Assembly (NCBI RefSeq): GCF_000143415.4 | Contig: NW_003314272.1 | Span: 592,184 to 656,183 of the forward strand | Length of the DNA: 64,000 bases | Source: Selaginella moellendorffii | Taxonomy: Eukaryota; Plantae; Lycopodiophyta | Reading direction: 5' to 3' | Shown: positions 63,701 to 64,000 of the stretch, piece by piece | Position numbering within the stretch: the first letter of the stretch is position 1 | Layout of the letters: each line of letters starts with the position of its first letter | Notes under the pieces: model-generated | What the model saw: the letters and a program-made list of their open reading frames with translations, nothing else | What the model was told of the DNA's origin: nothing | Database searches by the model: none | Position numbers and translations under genes: made by a program

Positions 63701-64000
63701 AGATCGTTGTGAATATTCAGATACGAGGACTGAAAAGCGCATTGGTGGCGTGTCGAAGAAGGACAAACAGACAAGCAATAGGAAAAAAGGAGGTACAAAT
63801 TATATTTGCAATGGCATGTGGTCTCATGCCATTCCTTGCAGGAGACACTTCTTCAAAGGCAAAACAGGCAAGCACCAGCCAAGCTCAAACTGACAGTGGT
63901 CATAAAAAGCGAAAGCACGTTGGACAGTCGTCGGGATCATAGGCATTTGATTCGAAAAGGAAGAAGGGCAACGAAAAGATGATAGGTAATGCCTCGCGGT
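60729..64000 (+). pseudogene. ParB/Srx-like domain + C-terminal beta-class N6/N4 DNA-methyltransferase-like fold protein, spliced, two premature stops; runs off window
   Basis: ATG(60729-31)|intron 60732-60970|ARNCVL. Further introns at 62150-62203, 63528-63577, 63665-63720, 63793-63841. ParB-like segment IDVSRIDI...NHRLVSDEWVKKLKQKM...FYAVS(R/G)QHSSLA. MTase-like segment KKAP..WEMLSWVF...GKCVVEYNCGGLFFRAALLKGVPCVAVT. 62819-63544 is in frame with 60950-62800 across a TGA. Confidence 0.6.

Larger units (their letters stand above)
53366..63832. repeat. ~20 dispersed copies of 22-bp palindrome ATGGCRTGWGGCCWCAYGCCAT
   Basis: Starts at about 53366, 53455, 53862, 54055, 54215, 54361, 55703, 55760, 57606, 57676 (perfect 28-bp palindrome 57673-57700), 57774, 58386, 59318 (half), 59338, 60757, 60834, 60894, 62171, 63670, 63811. 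Confidence 0.93.
53350..64000. mobile_element. Large two-gene putative DNA transposon (DDD transposase + ParB/MTase-like gene) with dispersed 22-bp palindromes; extends beyond the window, termini not identified
   Basis: Divergent transposase-like and ParB-like genes. The shared palindrome is confined to this interval. Both genes show the same transition-type decay. Confidence 0.7.

Noticed and set aside
53366-63832. Palindromes as a CRISPR array or Rho-independent terminators
   Set aside because: Spacing is irregular (57 bp to several kb), there are no U-tracts, and they lie in spliceosomal introns.

Overview
Eukaryotic, land-plant genomic DNA. Very compact genes with ~46-60 nt GT-AG introns, TTTAGGG tracts, and F-box/PPR/HD-Zip content suggest a lycophyte such as Selaginella (inference). 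Layout: (1) 1-9.7 kb holds repeat/LTR-like remnants, a composite satellite, and a frameshifted fungal/Crinkler-type REase+kinase-like gene bracketed by an inverted duplication. (2) 9.8-41.5 kb is a dense block of ordinary genes: ATAD2/BRAT1-like AAA-bromodomain, TIME FOR COFFEE, a 2xRRM Gly-rich protein, PIG-M, GIP1/DUF1296, HD-Zip I, an ABC1K kinase and an F-box gene. (3) 41.6-52.8 kb holds decayed Ty3/gypsy elements, a PPR fragment, a ~570 bp hairpin, a 78-bp repeat array, an assembly gap and a strongly divergent histone H4-like pseudogene missed by the ORF track. (4) ~53.3 kb to the window end is the most striking region: a large putative DNA transposon with two divergent genes. One is a DDD-type (Sola-like/DUF7869-type) transposase. 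The other is a ParB/Srx-like plus beta-class amino-methyltransferase-like protein. The element is decorated throughout, including its introns, with ~20 copies of a 22-bp palindrome (ATGGCRTGWGGCCWCAYGCCAT), reminiscent of a ParB/parS-type protein-site pair in a plant mobile element. All family assignments come from motif recognition by eye, not from searches.
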